From Gamaleyavirus AN24P2, in the sequence record OZ035810.1: DNA of 64,000 bases; one strand, 5' to 3'. Under the pieces are notes generated by a model. It worked only from the letters and a program-made list of their open reading frames with translations. It was not told the origin of the DNA and made no database searches. Position 1 is the first letter of the stretch. Each line of letters opens with the position of its first letter. The translations under genes were made by a program, and so were the position numbers. This document shows, piece after piece, positions 1-9,232 of this stretch.

Positions 1-1
1 T

Positions 2-445
2 GGGCAGCAACACTACATTGATTTTGAACTAAAACGCGGAAGCTCTAACCCAGTGCAGAGTGTTAAAGTTGAAATTCTCAGCACAGATACTACAGTTCTG
101 TACCTTCGCAGAATAATCCTTATCGATACAATCTCCCGGTGGCAAAGGGTAATATTACCATTTATCCCTTCGGTATCTGGTCAAGTAATTGTAAGATTCA
201 CTTCTTCCACTTTTATCGAGGGCTCTGCTACTAACTTCATAGTAGGTAATCTTAATGTTTATATAAACAATAACCCCATCAATACAGGGCACAATGGTGG
301 GTTAGGTGGAACTTGGTCTATTCAGCACACTGTGCGAGGTAATCGCCATGAATGGTATGATGCTTCAGGCAATTTACGTGCTAAAGTAGGTGCCCCAACT
401 TCAGCAACTGATGGAGTTATCATTAGTGCTAATCCTGTAATTTGA
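2..445 (+). CDS. virion structural protein, C-terminal fragment (5' end upstream of window); possibly tail fibre/appendage
   Basis: Frame of ORF 53..445 stays open back to position 2 with no stop; the 'M' at 53 is a GTG, not a credible start; Gly/Asn/Thr-rich composition; adjacent to lysis and head genes. Confidence 0.45.
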   Translation, partial: GQQHYIDFELKRGSSNPVQSVKVEILSTDTTVLYLRRIILIDTISRWQRVILPFIPSVSGQVIVRFTSSTFIEGSATNFIVGNLNVYINNNPINTGHNGGLGGTWSIQHTVRGNRHEWYDASGNLRAKVGAPTSATDGVIISANPVI

Positions 446-452
446 GGTGATT

Positions 453-707
453 ATGGCTCTAAAATTTACTTTTGACTTTAATGGTATTATGGTAACCGAT
501 GGGGTACTTACTGTAAGCAAACCCATGATTGATGAGGAATCTGGAACAATTACCTTTGGGCTACTGTTCCAAGCAACTAGTGCAGACCCGCTACTGAAAT
601 CAGTAACGCTTAGTTGTCCCTATGATCCTTTTGGAGCTGACCCATTCACTCAGGCATACGCCTATATAAAATCCTTACCAGATTATAAATCTGCCGAGGA
701 AATTTAA
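453..707 (+). CDS. hypothetical protein
   Basis: ORF 447..707 begins with GTG; first ATG at 453 after GAGGTGA; followed directly by a terminator hairpin. Confidence 0.45.
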   Translation: MALKFTFDFNGIMVTDGVLTVSKPMIDEESGTITFGLLFQATSADPLLKSVTLSCPYDPFGADPFTQAYAYIKSLPDYKSAEEI

Positions 708-708
708 T

Positions 709-734
709 AAAAGCCCCTTACGGGGCTTTTCTTC
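709..734 (+). terminator. rho-independent terminator
   Basis: aagcccc-ttac-ggggctt hairpin followed by ttttct. Confidence 0.6.
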
Positions 735-829
735 TACCCCACTCTACTATAAATAAGTATTATCTTTTGGTCAGACTCTTCTGATACGTCCCAAATGGGT
801 ATCATTAAAGAAACATTAAGGACTTTCTC

Positions 830-1162
830 ATGAGCGATGAATCGACTTCGGTTCTTCTTGCCCGATTGGAGGAAAGACTGGAAACATTATTTAAGAACCA
901 AGAAAAGGAGGAGCGTTCCAAAGATAAACTGGAACAAACTCTATCTGGTTTAAGGGAGTCTGTTCAGCAAATGGAAGGCAGACTTAAAAACGTAGAGGAT
1001 AGCCTTGCTAAGTCTGAACCTACTATCGAAGAGTTTATTACCATAAAGCATAAAGTTGCTGGTGCTGGAATTTTTGGTAAGTGGGTATGGGCTATAGCAG
1101 GTGCAATCATTGGTGTATTGGCTGCTGCAAGACGGGAGATATTCGCATGGTTCGCAGGTTAA
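830..1162 (+). CDS. coiled-coil protein with C-terminal transmembrane segment (holin/antiholin-like)
   Basis: 110 aa; charged helical N-terminus, then GAGIFGKWVWAIAGAIIGVLAAA hydrophobic segment; immediately upstream of endolysin. Confidence 0.5.
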   Translation: MSDESTSVLLARLEERLETLFKNQEKEERSKDKLEQTLSGLRESVQQMEGRLKNVEDSLAKSEPTIEEFITIKHKVAGAGIFGKWVWAIAGAIIGVLAAARREIFAWFAG

Positions 1163-1407
1163 AAAGAAAGATAGAGCTAGTACCTAATTGGAAGAAGTCC
1201 TGGAAATGGGCATCTGTTCAGATTAGTACGTTTGGTTTAATTCTGTTTTCTGCTGTAGATATCATCCAACCAATGGTGACGGGACTACCTCGTCACATCC
1301 TGGAAGATATTCCTCATGGTTCCAATATTGCAATCGCACTGTTTGCCTTAAACATCATGGGTAGATTGATACGATTCCGTCCAAAGGAAGATTCACATGA
1401 AAGCTAA
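1147..1407 (+). CDS. small two-TM membrane protein, holin-like
   Basis: Internal ATG (MVRRLKRK...) of ORF 1081..1407; two hydrophobic segments; overlaps upstream stop and downstream lysin start. Confidence 0.45.
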   Translation: MVRRLKRKIELVPNWKKSWKWASVQISTFGLILFSAVDIIQPMVTGLPRHILEDIPHGSNIAIALFALNIMGRLIRFRPKEDSHES

Positions 1408-2032
1408 ACAGAAACTTGCTGCAAAAGGTGGTGCAGTGGGAGGGGTTATCGCTGCTATTCTGGGGGCAGTGTTTTATATGGAAGGAGGGTATGTAAATAA
1501 TCCTCGTGACCCAGGTGGTGAAACTAATCATGGTATTACCCAAGCTGTAGCTAAATCCCATAAAGAAGTTCTGGCTACTGAGTATGGTTGGGATGGTTCT
1601 ATGAAGGGTTTATCTAAAGAGATGGCTGCTGAGATATACATTGATGACTACGTACTTAAGCCTAATTTCGTAGCCTTCGCTAATATATCTCCTGCTATAA
1701 CACACAAACTGGTTGATGCTGGTGTTAACACAGGTGTAACCAGACCAGCTAAGTGGTTGCAGCAATCCCTCAATGAAATGTCCCGTAATGGCAAAGACTA
1801 CCCTAAAATACAGGTTGATGGTAAAGTCGGTGCAAGTACTGTTAATGCATATAAAGCATTACAGAAAAAGCGAGGCAAAGTTGCAGCATGTCGGGTAATG
1901 ATTAAGTTACTTGATGCTAAACAACTGAACCATTACACCTCATTAAACATGCCGGATTTTACGTATGGTTGGGTAGCTAACCGAATTGGCAATGTGCCAC
2001 TGGAGGCATGTAATGAAGATGCTAATCTCTAA
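1397..2032 (+). CDS. endolysin, GH108-type N-acetylmuramidase
   Basis: 211 aa; EGGYVNNPRDPGGETNHGIT matches the GH108 signature; N-terminal hydrophobic segment (possible signal-anchor). Confidence 0.75.
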   Translation: MKAKQKLAAKGGAVGGVIAAILGAVFYMEGGYVNNPRDPGGETNHGITQAVAKSHKEVLATEYGWDGSMKGLSKEMAAEIYIDDYVLKPNFVAFANISPAITHKLVDAGVNTGVTRPAKWLQQSLNEMSRNGKDYPKIQVDGKVGASTVNAYKALQKKRGKVAACRVMIKLLDAKQLNHYTSLNMPDFTYGWVANRIGNVPLEACNEDANL

Positions 2033-2519
2033 AGGTTGGCCTTATCTTCTGGTGGTGGTCCTTGGGGCCACCATGTACTTTTGGGGTAATTCCAACGGAC
2101 AGTCTACTGTTCAAAAGAAGTGGGATGACCAAAAGGCTGAAGACCTAAAGACAACGCAAAAATTGCAGGATAAATACAATGCTCTCCAAAGAAACCATAG
2201 TTATGAAGTCGGGATACTCACTTCACGGTTGCAGACGGCTGAAAGTAATTACGCAAGCGAGCTTGCTCGCGTTAGCAGTGATTACGACAGCCGGATGCAA
2301 CAGTCTGAAAGACGAGCATCGGTATATAAACGTCAAGCCGAAGCCGGAACCCTTGAGTGCAGAAGTCTTGCAAGCTATGCAGCCAGACTCGACAACAGTC
2401 TTGAAGAAGGCAGACGTTTGGTTGAAGAACTCCAGGCAACTGTTAGACTCCGTGACAACCAACTAATTGAGTTGGGTAAACAAATTCAGGCTGACCGTAA
2501 ACTTTTTGAACAGGAATAA
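2013..2519 (+). CDS. i-spanin (Rz-like)
   Basis: ORF 1986..2519 opens with TTG; ATG at 2013 preceded by GGAGG; N-terminal TM segment then charged coiled-coil region. Confidence 0.55.
   Translation: MKMLISKGWPYLLVVVLGATMYFWGNSNGQSTVQKKWDDQKAEDLKTTQKLQDKYNALQRNHSYEVGILTSRLQTAESNYASELARVSSDYDSRMQQSERRASVYKRQAEAGTLECRSLASYAARLDNSLEEGRRLVEELQATVRLRDNQLIELGKQIQADRKLFEQE
2203..2466 (+). CDS. o-spanin (Rz1-like lipoprotein) embedded in the Rz gene in another frame
   Basis: ORF 2179..2466 lies wholly inside the Rz ORF; signal peptide ending ...LAVITTAGC (lipobox-like Cys) and Pro-rich mature part (VKPKPEPL). Confidence 0.5.
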   Translation: MKSGYSLHGCRRLKVITQASLLALAVITTAGCNSLKDEHRYINVKPKPEPLSAEVLQAMQPDSTTVLKKADVWLKNSRQLLDSVTTN

Positions 2520-2521
2520 CT

Positions 2522-4792
2522 ATGGAACACCAAGACACTTTTAAGCCTTTACCAGACCCGGCTCAATCAGAGAAGTTAACGGACTGGAAGAAGGAACCAA
2601 GTATCCAATTACTGAAGGGTGATTTGGAATCAGCTAAACCTGCTCACGATGCAATCATGGCACAGATTCGTGAGTGGAATGATCTTATGGAAGTTAAGGG
2701 TAAGGCTAAGCCACCAAAGGTGAAGGGACGGTCACAAGTCCAACCTAGACTGGTTCGCCGTCAGGCAGAATGGAGATATGCTCCATTGTCTGAACCATTC
2801 CTCTCTTCTAACAAACTCTTTAAGGTAACTCCGGTTACTTTTGAAGATGAATTAGCTGCACGTCAAAATGAACTGGTTCTTAACTACCAATTCCGTACCC
2901 AGCTTAATAGAGTAAAGCTGGTAGATGATTACGTGCACAGTGTTGTGGATGATGGTACTGGTATTGCTCGTATTGGCTGGGAACGTAAGACTGTTAAGAT
3001 TAAAACAGAAACTCCAGTATTCCAGTTGTATCCAATTGAGAACCAGGAACAAGCAGATGTTCTTCAACAGGCTCTACAGCTTCAGGCAGAAAATCCCCGT
3101 GAGTATGACGAGACAATGCCAGAGGATATTAAGGAAGCTGTTAACTACTTTAATGAAACTGGTGAAGCTACTTATGCAATCCAGACTGGGGTTACTGAAG
3201 TAGAAGTAGAGAAAGCACTGGTTAACAGACCTACCGTTGAAATGCTTAATCCTAATAACGTAGTTATTGACCCAAGCTGTAATGGTGATTTGGATAAGGC
3301 TCTGTATGCAGTTATCTCCTTTGAGACATGCAAAGCAGACCTTATGAAAAACAAAGACCGTTATCACAACCTAGATAAAATTGACTGGGAAAGTTCTAGT
3401 CCTATTACTGACCCAGACCATGAAAGTAAAACCCCTAGCGACTTCCAGTTTAAGGATGCACTACGTAAGAAAGTAGTTGCTTATGAGTACTGGGGATTCT
3501 ATGACATTAATGATGACGGTTCACTGGAACCAATTGTTGCTACCTGGATTGGTTCTACTCTTATTCGTATGGAGAAAAACCCATTCCCTGATGGTAAGTT
3601 ACCTTTGGTAGTTGTTCCCTACATGCCCCGTAAACGTGAACTCTTCGGTGAAGCTGATGCTGAATTGTTAGGAGATAACCAAGCAATTCTCGGTGCAACT
3701 ATTCGTGGAATGATTGACCTGCTGGGTCGTAGTGCAAATGGTCAACGTGGTTATCCTAAGGGAATGTTAGATACACTTAACCGTCGTCGATATGATGATG
3801 GACAAGACTATGAATATAACCCAATGCAAGGTAACCCTAGTCAGGCCATTATGGAACATAAGTTCCCCGAGTTACCTCAATCAGCAATAGTAATGACTCA
3901 GATGCAGAACCAGGAAGCTGAATCACTAACTGGTGTTAAAGCATTTTCCGGTGGTGTAACTGGTTCAGCTTATGGTGATGTAGCTGCTGGTATTCGAGGT
4001 GCACTTGATGCAGCATCCAAACGGGAGATGGCAATTCTTCGTCGATTAGCTAAAGGTATGGCAGACATTGGTACTAAGATTTGTGCAATGAATGCTGTGT
4101 TTTTATCTGAGAAAGAAGTAGTACGTATTACCAATGAGCAGTATGTAGAAATTAATCGTGAAGACCTTAAAGGTAATTTCGACATTGAGGTTGATATTAA
4201 TACTGCTGAAATTGATAACCAGAAATCTCAGGATTTGAGCTTCATGGTTCAAACATTGGGTAATACGGTTGACCAAACTATTACATTATCTCTTGTAGCA
4301 AAGATTGCAGAGCTTAAACGTATGCCAGACCTTGCTCATGAGTTACGTAATTGGAAACCACAGCCAGATCCTATGGAAGAACAGCTTAAGCAGTTAGCAA
4401 TTCAGAAAGCACAACTAGAGAATGAAGAGTTGAAAAGTAAGATTGCACTTAATAATGCTAAGGCTAAAGAAGCTGCTTCCAGTGGTGACCTTAAAGATTT
4501 GGATTATCTGGAACAGGAATCTGGTACTAAACATGCCCGAGATATGGAAAAACAAAAAGCACAATCTCAAGGAAACCAAAACCTTCAGATAACTAAGGCA
4601 TTGACAACACCCGTTAAAGAAGGGGAAACTACCCCCAACATATCTGCTGCTGTTGGATATAATACTTTGACTAACGGGAACTCTATACCAGAACGTGATT
4701 TAGCTGCTCAACAAGACCCGGCTTACTCACTTAGTTCCCAATACTATGACCCTAGCCAAGACCCAGCATCGGCTCTTGGTATGAACCTATAA
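2522..4792 (+). CDS. portal protein
   Basis: 756 aa; size and position upstream of scaffold-like and major capsid genes match N4-type head module. Confidence 0.75.
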   Translation: MEHQDTFKPLPDPAQSEKLTDWKKEPSIQLLKGDLESAKPAHDAIMAQIREWNDLMEVKGKAKPPKVKGRSQVQPRLVRRQAEWRYAPLSEPFLSSNKLFKVTPVTFEDELAARQNELVLNYQFRTQLNRVKLVDDYVHSVVDDGTGIARIGWERKTVKIKTETPVFQLYPIENQEQADVLQQALQLQAENPREYDETMPEDIKEAVNYFNETGEATYAIQTGVTEVEVEKALVNRPTVEMLNPNNVVIDPSCNGDLDKALYAVISFETCKADLMKNKDRYHNLDKIDWESSSPITDPDHESKTPSDFQFKDALRKKVVAYEYWGFYDINDDGSLEPIVATWIGSTLIRMEKNPFPDGKLPLVVVPYMPRKRELFGEADAELLGDNQAILGATIRGMIDLLGRSANGQRGYPKGMLDTLNRRRYDDGQDYEYNPMQGNPSQAIMEHKFPELPQSAIVMTQMQNQEAESLTGVKAFSGGVTGSAYGDVAAGIRGALDAASKREMAILRRLAKGMADIGTKICAMNAVFLSEKEVVRITNEQYVEINREDLKGNFDIEVDINTAEIDNQKSQDLSFMVQTLGNTVDQTITLSLVAKIAELKRMPDLAHELRNWKPQPDPMEEQLKQLAIQKAQLENEELKSKIALNNAKAKEAASSGDLKDLDYLEQESGTKHARDMEKQKAQSQGNQNLQITKALTTPVKEGETTPNISAAVGYNTLTNGNSIPERDLAAQQDPAYSLSSQYYDPSQDPASALGMNL

Positions 4793-4805
4793 GGCAGACC
4801 TTCAC

Positions 4806-5150
4806 ATGAGTAAAGAATCAACAATCGCTGGACTGGAACATCGACTAGAAGCTGCTAAAGGTGCAGTTGCACATGCAGAAGATGTACGTAAACTTCTGGA
4901 GAATCCACTGTTCCGTAAAGTAATTCTTCGCCAATTCTGTGTAGAAGATTGTGCACGTTACGTACAAGAGTCTGGTGACCCACTGCTTGAACCTAATAAC
5001 CGTGCAGATGCACTAAACATGGCTCAGGCTGCTGGTCACTTACGTCGTTGGCTCGACCTCGCCATTCGTATGGGCGAAAACGAAGCTGACGTTATTCTAC
5101 AGGTAGAAGAAGAACTCGATGCAGTTCGTGCTGAACCTGAAGACGAATAA
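4806..5150 (+). CDS. hypothetical head-module protein
   Basis: 114 aa ORF tightly packed between portal and acidic scaffold-like gene. Confidence 0.55.
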   Translation: MSKESTIAGLEHRLEAAKGAVAHAEDVRKLLENPLFRKVILRQFCVEDCARYVQESGDPLLEPNNRADALNMAQAAGHLRRWLDLAIRMGENEADVILQVEEELDAVRAEPEDE

Positions 5151-5169
5151 TTAACCGGAGATATTTCCT

Positions 5170-6390
5170 ATGACTACGGAAGCTGCAACCACAGCTTCCG
5201 ACATTCTCGCAATGTCGGATGATGAGATTCTGAATATGGAAGCCCCAGCAGTTATCGCTGAGGAAGACACTTCCACTCAGAACAACCCTGAAACCAACGG
5301 CGTACAGACTCCTGATGAAGAAGTTGACCCACCTGCTGTTGAAGACCTACCAACCGAAGAAACCTCCCCAGAAGCCGAACCAGATGCAGAAGATTCAGCA
5401 AATACTTTAACTTCTGATAAAGTTGATGATAAAGTTATTGACACAGAAGTTGATAGTAACGGCGAGCCGATTACTAAAGCTGAACCTTCTACTACTGAAC
5501 CAGGCCAGGAACAGAAAGAAGAAGGCAAACAGTCTGAAGGTCTGCCTGCTGACTTCAACTATAAGGAAGGTTATGAGAAGTTGATGGCTCCTTTTAAAGC
5601 TAACGGCAAAATGATTACTCCCCGTTCACCGGAGGAGGCCATTAGCCTGATGCAGATGGGTGCTAACTATACTCGTAAGATGCAAGAACTTCAGCCATAC
5701 CGTAAGGTAATGCTGATGTTACAGAACAACGGCTTAATGGATGAGGACAAACTTTCTTTCCTGATTGATCTGGATAAAAAGAATCCGGAAGCCATTAAGA
5801 AGTTGCTCAAAGACTCTGGTACAGACCCTCTGGACTTTAACCCAGATGAGGAAATTAACTACCAGGGTGGCAATCACCGTGTTACCGACACCGAAGCAGA
5901 TTTTGCAACCGAAATTGACGACTTAAAGTCTACTCAAGAAGGACAAGCTACATTAGGTGTTATTAGTTCGACATGGGATGCTGCCAGTAAAGATGCTCTT
6001 TACCAGAACCGTGGCCTACTTCAGACTATTCACGAACAACGTGAGAATGGTATTTATGACACCATTGCAAACGAAGTGAATCGTCTCCAGATGTTAGGTC
6101 AGATTCCGGTTGGTACTCCGTTTATTCAGGCTTACAACCACGTCGGTAACCTTCTTGCACAGCAAGGAGCATTTAACCGAGTGGCTAAGCCTGAACCGGT
6201 ACAAACAGTTAAACCAGTGGTTCAGCCGGTAGTGCGTGTAGCACAGCCTAAGCAGACTCTGGCTAACAGTGAGCAAGCTAAGGCAGCTTCCCTTAATCGA
6301 GCTGCTACACGTAAAGCAACACCTATTGTAAACCCACTCGCTATGAGTGATGAAGATTTCGCTAAACTCCCAGTACCGGGTAGTCTTTAA
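5170..6390 (+). CDS. acidic head-assembly protein (scaffold-like)
   Basis: 406 aa; Glu/Asp/Pro/Thr-rich N-terminal third; RBS GGAG upstream; directly precedes major capsid gene. Confidence 0.55.
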   Translation: MTTEAATTASDILAMSDDEILNMEAPAVIAEEDTSTQNNPETNGVQTPDEEVDPPAVEDLPTEETSPEAEPDAEDSANTLTSDKVDDKVIDTEVDSNGEPITKAEPSTTEPGQEQKEEGKQSEGLPADFNYKEGYEKLMAPFKANGKMITPRSPEEAISLMQMGANYTRKMQELQPYRKVMLMLQNNGLMDEDKLSFLIDLDKKNPEAIKKLLKDSGTDPLDFNPDEEINYQGGNHRVTDTEADFATEIDDLKSTQEGQATLGVISSTWDAASKDALYQNRGLLQTIHEQRENGIYDTIANEVNRLQMLGQIPVGTPFIQAYNHVGNLLAQQGAFNRVAKPEPVQTVKPVVQPVVRVAQPKQTLANSEQAKAASLNRAATRKATPIVNPLAMSDEDFAKLPVPGSL

Positions 6391-6406
6391 ACAGGAATAA
6401 GATGAT

Positions 6407-7609
6407 ATGTTAAACTATAACGCTCCAGTTAACGGTCAGAAATCTAGCATTGATGGTGCTGGTTCCGACCAGATGAATACCTTTTATTGGCTGAAGAAAG
6501 CTATTATTCAGTCCCGTAAAGACCAGTACTTCATGCCACTGGCTAACACTATTAACATGCCTAAGAACTACGGTAAGACTGTTAAGGTGTATGAGTACGT
6601 TCCACTGCTTGATGATAAGAACATTAACGACCAGGGTATCGATGCTAATGGTGCTACCATCGTTAATGGTAACCTGTATGGTTCTTCTAAAGACGTCGGT
6701 AACATCACTTCTAAACTGCCTCTGCTGACAGAGAATGGTGGTCGTGTTAACCGTGTAGGTTTTACTCGTCTGTCTCGTGAAGGTTCCATCCATAAGTTCG
6801 GTTTCTTCTACGAATTTACTCAAGAGTCTCTGGACTTTGATTCCGATGACCAACTGAAAGAACATCTGTCACGCGAACTGATGAATGGTGCTGTGCAGTT
6901 GACTGAAGCCGTTCTCCAGAAAGACCTGCTGGCTGCTGCTGGTACTGTACTGTATGCAGGTGCTGCTACCTCCGATGCCACCATCACTGGTGAAACTTCT
7001 ACCCCGTCTGTAGTTTCTTATAAGAACCTGATGCGTCTTGACCAGATTCTCACTGAGAACCGTACCCCGACTCAGACTACTATCATCACTGGTTCTAAAC
7101 TGACTGATACTAAAGTACTTGGTGGTACTCGTGTAATGTATGTTGGTTCTGAATTGGTTCCAGAATTGAAAGCGATGAAAGACCTGTTCGGTAACAAAGC
7201 ATTCATTGAAATTCAGCACTATGCTGATGCTGGTACTCTGATGAATGGTGAAGTTGGTTGTATCGATAAGTTCCGTATTATCCAGGTTCCAGAGATGCTG
7301 CATTGGGCAGGTGCAGGTGCTCAAGCTACTTCTAACCCGGGCTACCGTTCCTCTATGGTTAATGGTCAGGAACACTACGACGTATTCCCGATGCTGGTAG
7401 TTGGTGATGATTCCTTCTCTACCATTGGCTTCCAGACTGACGGTAAGTCCGTTAAGTTCTCTATTATGACTAAGATGCCTGGTCGAGAAACTGCTGACCG
7501 TAATGACCCGTATGGTGAAACTGGCTTCAGTTCCATCAAGTGGTACTACGGTATCCTGGTTAAACGCCCAGAACGTCTGGCTATGATTAAGACTGTTGCT
7601 CCTCTGTAA
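6407..7609 (+). CDS. major capsid protein
   Basis: 400 aa; position after portal/scaffold; codon usage typical of a highly expressed gene; strong hairpin downstream. Confidence 0.8.
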   Translation: MLNYNAPVNGQKSSIDGAGSDQMNTFYWLKKAIIQSRKDQYFMPLANTINMPKNYGKTVKVYEYVPLLDDKNINDQGIDANGATIVNGNLYGSSKDVGNITSKLPLLTENGGRVNRVGFTRLSREGSIHKFGFFYEFTQESLDFDSDDQLKEHLSRELMNGAVQLTEAVLQKDLLAAAGTVLYAGAATSDATITGETSTPSVVSYKNLMRLDQILTENRTPTQTTIITGSKLTDTKVLGGTRVMYVGSELVPELKAMKDLFGNKAFIEIQHYADAGTLMNGEVGCIDKFRIIQVPEMLHWAGAGAQATSNPGYRSSMVNGQEHYDVFPMLVVGDDSFSTIGFQTDGKSVKFSIMTKMPGRETADRNDPYGETGFSSIKWYYGILVKRPERLAMIKTVAPL

Positions 7610-7623
7610 TAGTCCGAAATAAA

Positions 7624-7652
7624 ACAAGGGGGACATTAGTCCCCCTCTTAAC
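7624..7652. terminator. stable hairpin after capsid gene (putative terminator)
   Basis: aagggggac-atta-gtccccct stem-loop; the U-tract is weak on + and better on -. Confidence 0.4.
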
Positions 7653-7682
7653 AAAATTAGTTGAACCACAGGAAATATTAAC

Positions 7683-8318
7683 ATGAGCATTAACGATAAA
7701 CCGACCGCTGGCGTAGACGTGAACGTGCAGGGCAACGAAGATACCGTTAACGATATTGCAATGCCTAGTGAACTTGAGGTTCTTAAGCAACGTGCAACAT
7801 TGATGAATATTAAGTTCTCTAACAACATCTCCGTTGAAAAACTCCGTGAGAAGATTGAAGCTGCACAAGCAAAAGATGAACCAGTAGTAGAAGAAGCTGC
7901 TATTAACCCATTGGGTGAAAAACAAGAAGCAGGTGTTAAGAAGATGACTCTGGGTCAGAAGATCCGTGCAGAACAGACTCGACTGATTCGTGTACGTATT
8001 CAAAACCTTGACCCTAAGAAGAAAGACCTGCCTGGTGAGATTATCACCGTAGCTAACGAATATATGGGTACTGTACGTAAGTTTGTACCGTTCGGTGAAG
8101 TCACTGACAACGGTTATCATATTCCGTACTGTATCTATGAGTTCCTTAAAGAGCGTAAGTTCATCAACATTACGACTCGCAAAGGTAAGAATGGCTTACC
8201 GGATATCCGTGCAACAGAAGCACGAGAGTTCTCCATTGAAGTACTGCCACCGCTGACTGAAGCAGAACTGGCTCAACTGGCTCAAGCACAGATTGCTGCT
8301 GGTAGCCTGAACGATTAA
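7683..8318 (+). CDS. virion-module protein
   Basis: 211 aa ORF with ATG start in structural gene run. Confidence 0.5.
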   Translation: MSINDKPTAGVDVNVQGNEDTVNDIAMPSELEVLKQRATLMNIKFSNNISVEKLREKIEAAQAKDEPVVEEAAINPLGEKQEAGVKKMTLGQKIRAEQTRLIRVRIQNLDPKKKDLPGEIITVANEYMGTVRKFVPFGEVTDNGYHIPYCIYEFLKERKFINITTRKGKNGLPDIRATEAREFSIEVLPPLTEAELAQLAQAQIAAGSLND

Positions 8319-8339
8319 CGTATAAGCTACAGTTCAACA

Positions 8340-8377
8340 CGGCTCACTGGGGTAACTCCGTGGGCCGTTTCTTTTTG
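8340..8377 (+). terminator. rho-independent terminator
   Basis: acggctcac...gtgggccgt stem followed by tttcttttt. Confidence 0.6.
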
Positions 8378-8394
8378 AACCAAGAGGAATGATT

Positions 8395-9231
8395 ATGTCT
8401 TGTTCTGCTGAGGTAGAAGCTAACCGACTCCTAGTAGAGTTAACTAAGGGTGATGACTTTACTCTGCCCAATGTTGATATGTCCGGTCCTGCATGGGATA
8501 TCCCAGGTGGAGATACTTCCCCAATCTTTGGTGCTATTGATAAAGTAACCAATGAGTCACTCACTACTCGTGAAGTAGGTGGTAGTGGTACGTTTGATGC
8601 ATTAATGGAATCTGCACACAATCATCTCAAAGCCGAGTTTAAAGCTAACCGTATTACTGGTGGTGAATATACCAAAGCGTACATTGCTATGATGGAAGCC
8701 TGTATGAGTAATGCTGTTCAGTTCTTACTTGGGCGTGACCAAGCATACTGGGCTGCTGCTATGGCACAGATTCAGGCAGTTACTGCACGTGTTGGTTTAG
8801 CAACGGCTAAGGCTCAGTTTGTACTTGCTAAGGTACAGGCACTGTCTACTAAGTCTGAGTATGCCTTAACTAAGCTGAAGCTCTCTAATGAGGGTCAAAA
8901 TTACTGTGCTGCAAAATTCAATGTGGATGAGATTCTTCCAGCTCAGGAACGTTTACTTAAAGAACAGTATGAAGTACAGCGTGCACAGACCATGGAAACA
9001 CGTTCAGACTCATTGCCTATTGCTGGTTCTATTGGTAAACAGAAAGAATTGTACTCTCAACAGATTACTTCTTATCAACGGGATGCAGAAGTGAAGGCAT
9101 CCAAGCTGTTTACTGATGCATGGATTACTCAGAAGACTATTGATGAAGGTTTGAATCCACCTAATGGTTTTACTAACGCAAGTATTGATACCATCTTGGA
9201 CAAGCTGAAATCTAACAACGGGCTGAACTAA
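8395..9231 (+). CDS. virion structural protein
   Basis: ORF 8389..9231; second ATG at 8395 has better spacing from AGAGGA. Confidence 0.5.
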   Translation: MSCSAEVEANRLLVELTKGDDFTLPNVDMSGPAWDIPGGDTSPIFGAIDKVTNESLTTREVGGSGTFDALMESAHNHLKAEFKANRITGGEYTKAYIAMMEACMSNAVQFLLGRDQAYWAAAMAQIQAVTARVGLATAKAQFVLAKVQALSTKSEYALTKLKLSNEGQNYCAAKFNVDEILPAQERLLKEQYEVQRAQTMETRSDSLPIAGSIGKQKELYSQQITSYQRDAEVKASKLFTDAWITQKTIDEGLNPPNGFTNASIDTILDKLKSNNGLN

Positions 9232-9232
9232 T

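Noticed and set aside
7624-7652. Hairpin after the major capsid gene as a strong + strand terminator
   Set aside because: The stem is strong but the downstream + strand sequence is not U-rich; kept only as a low-confidence hairpin.
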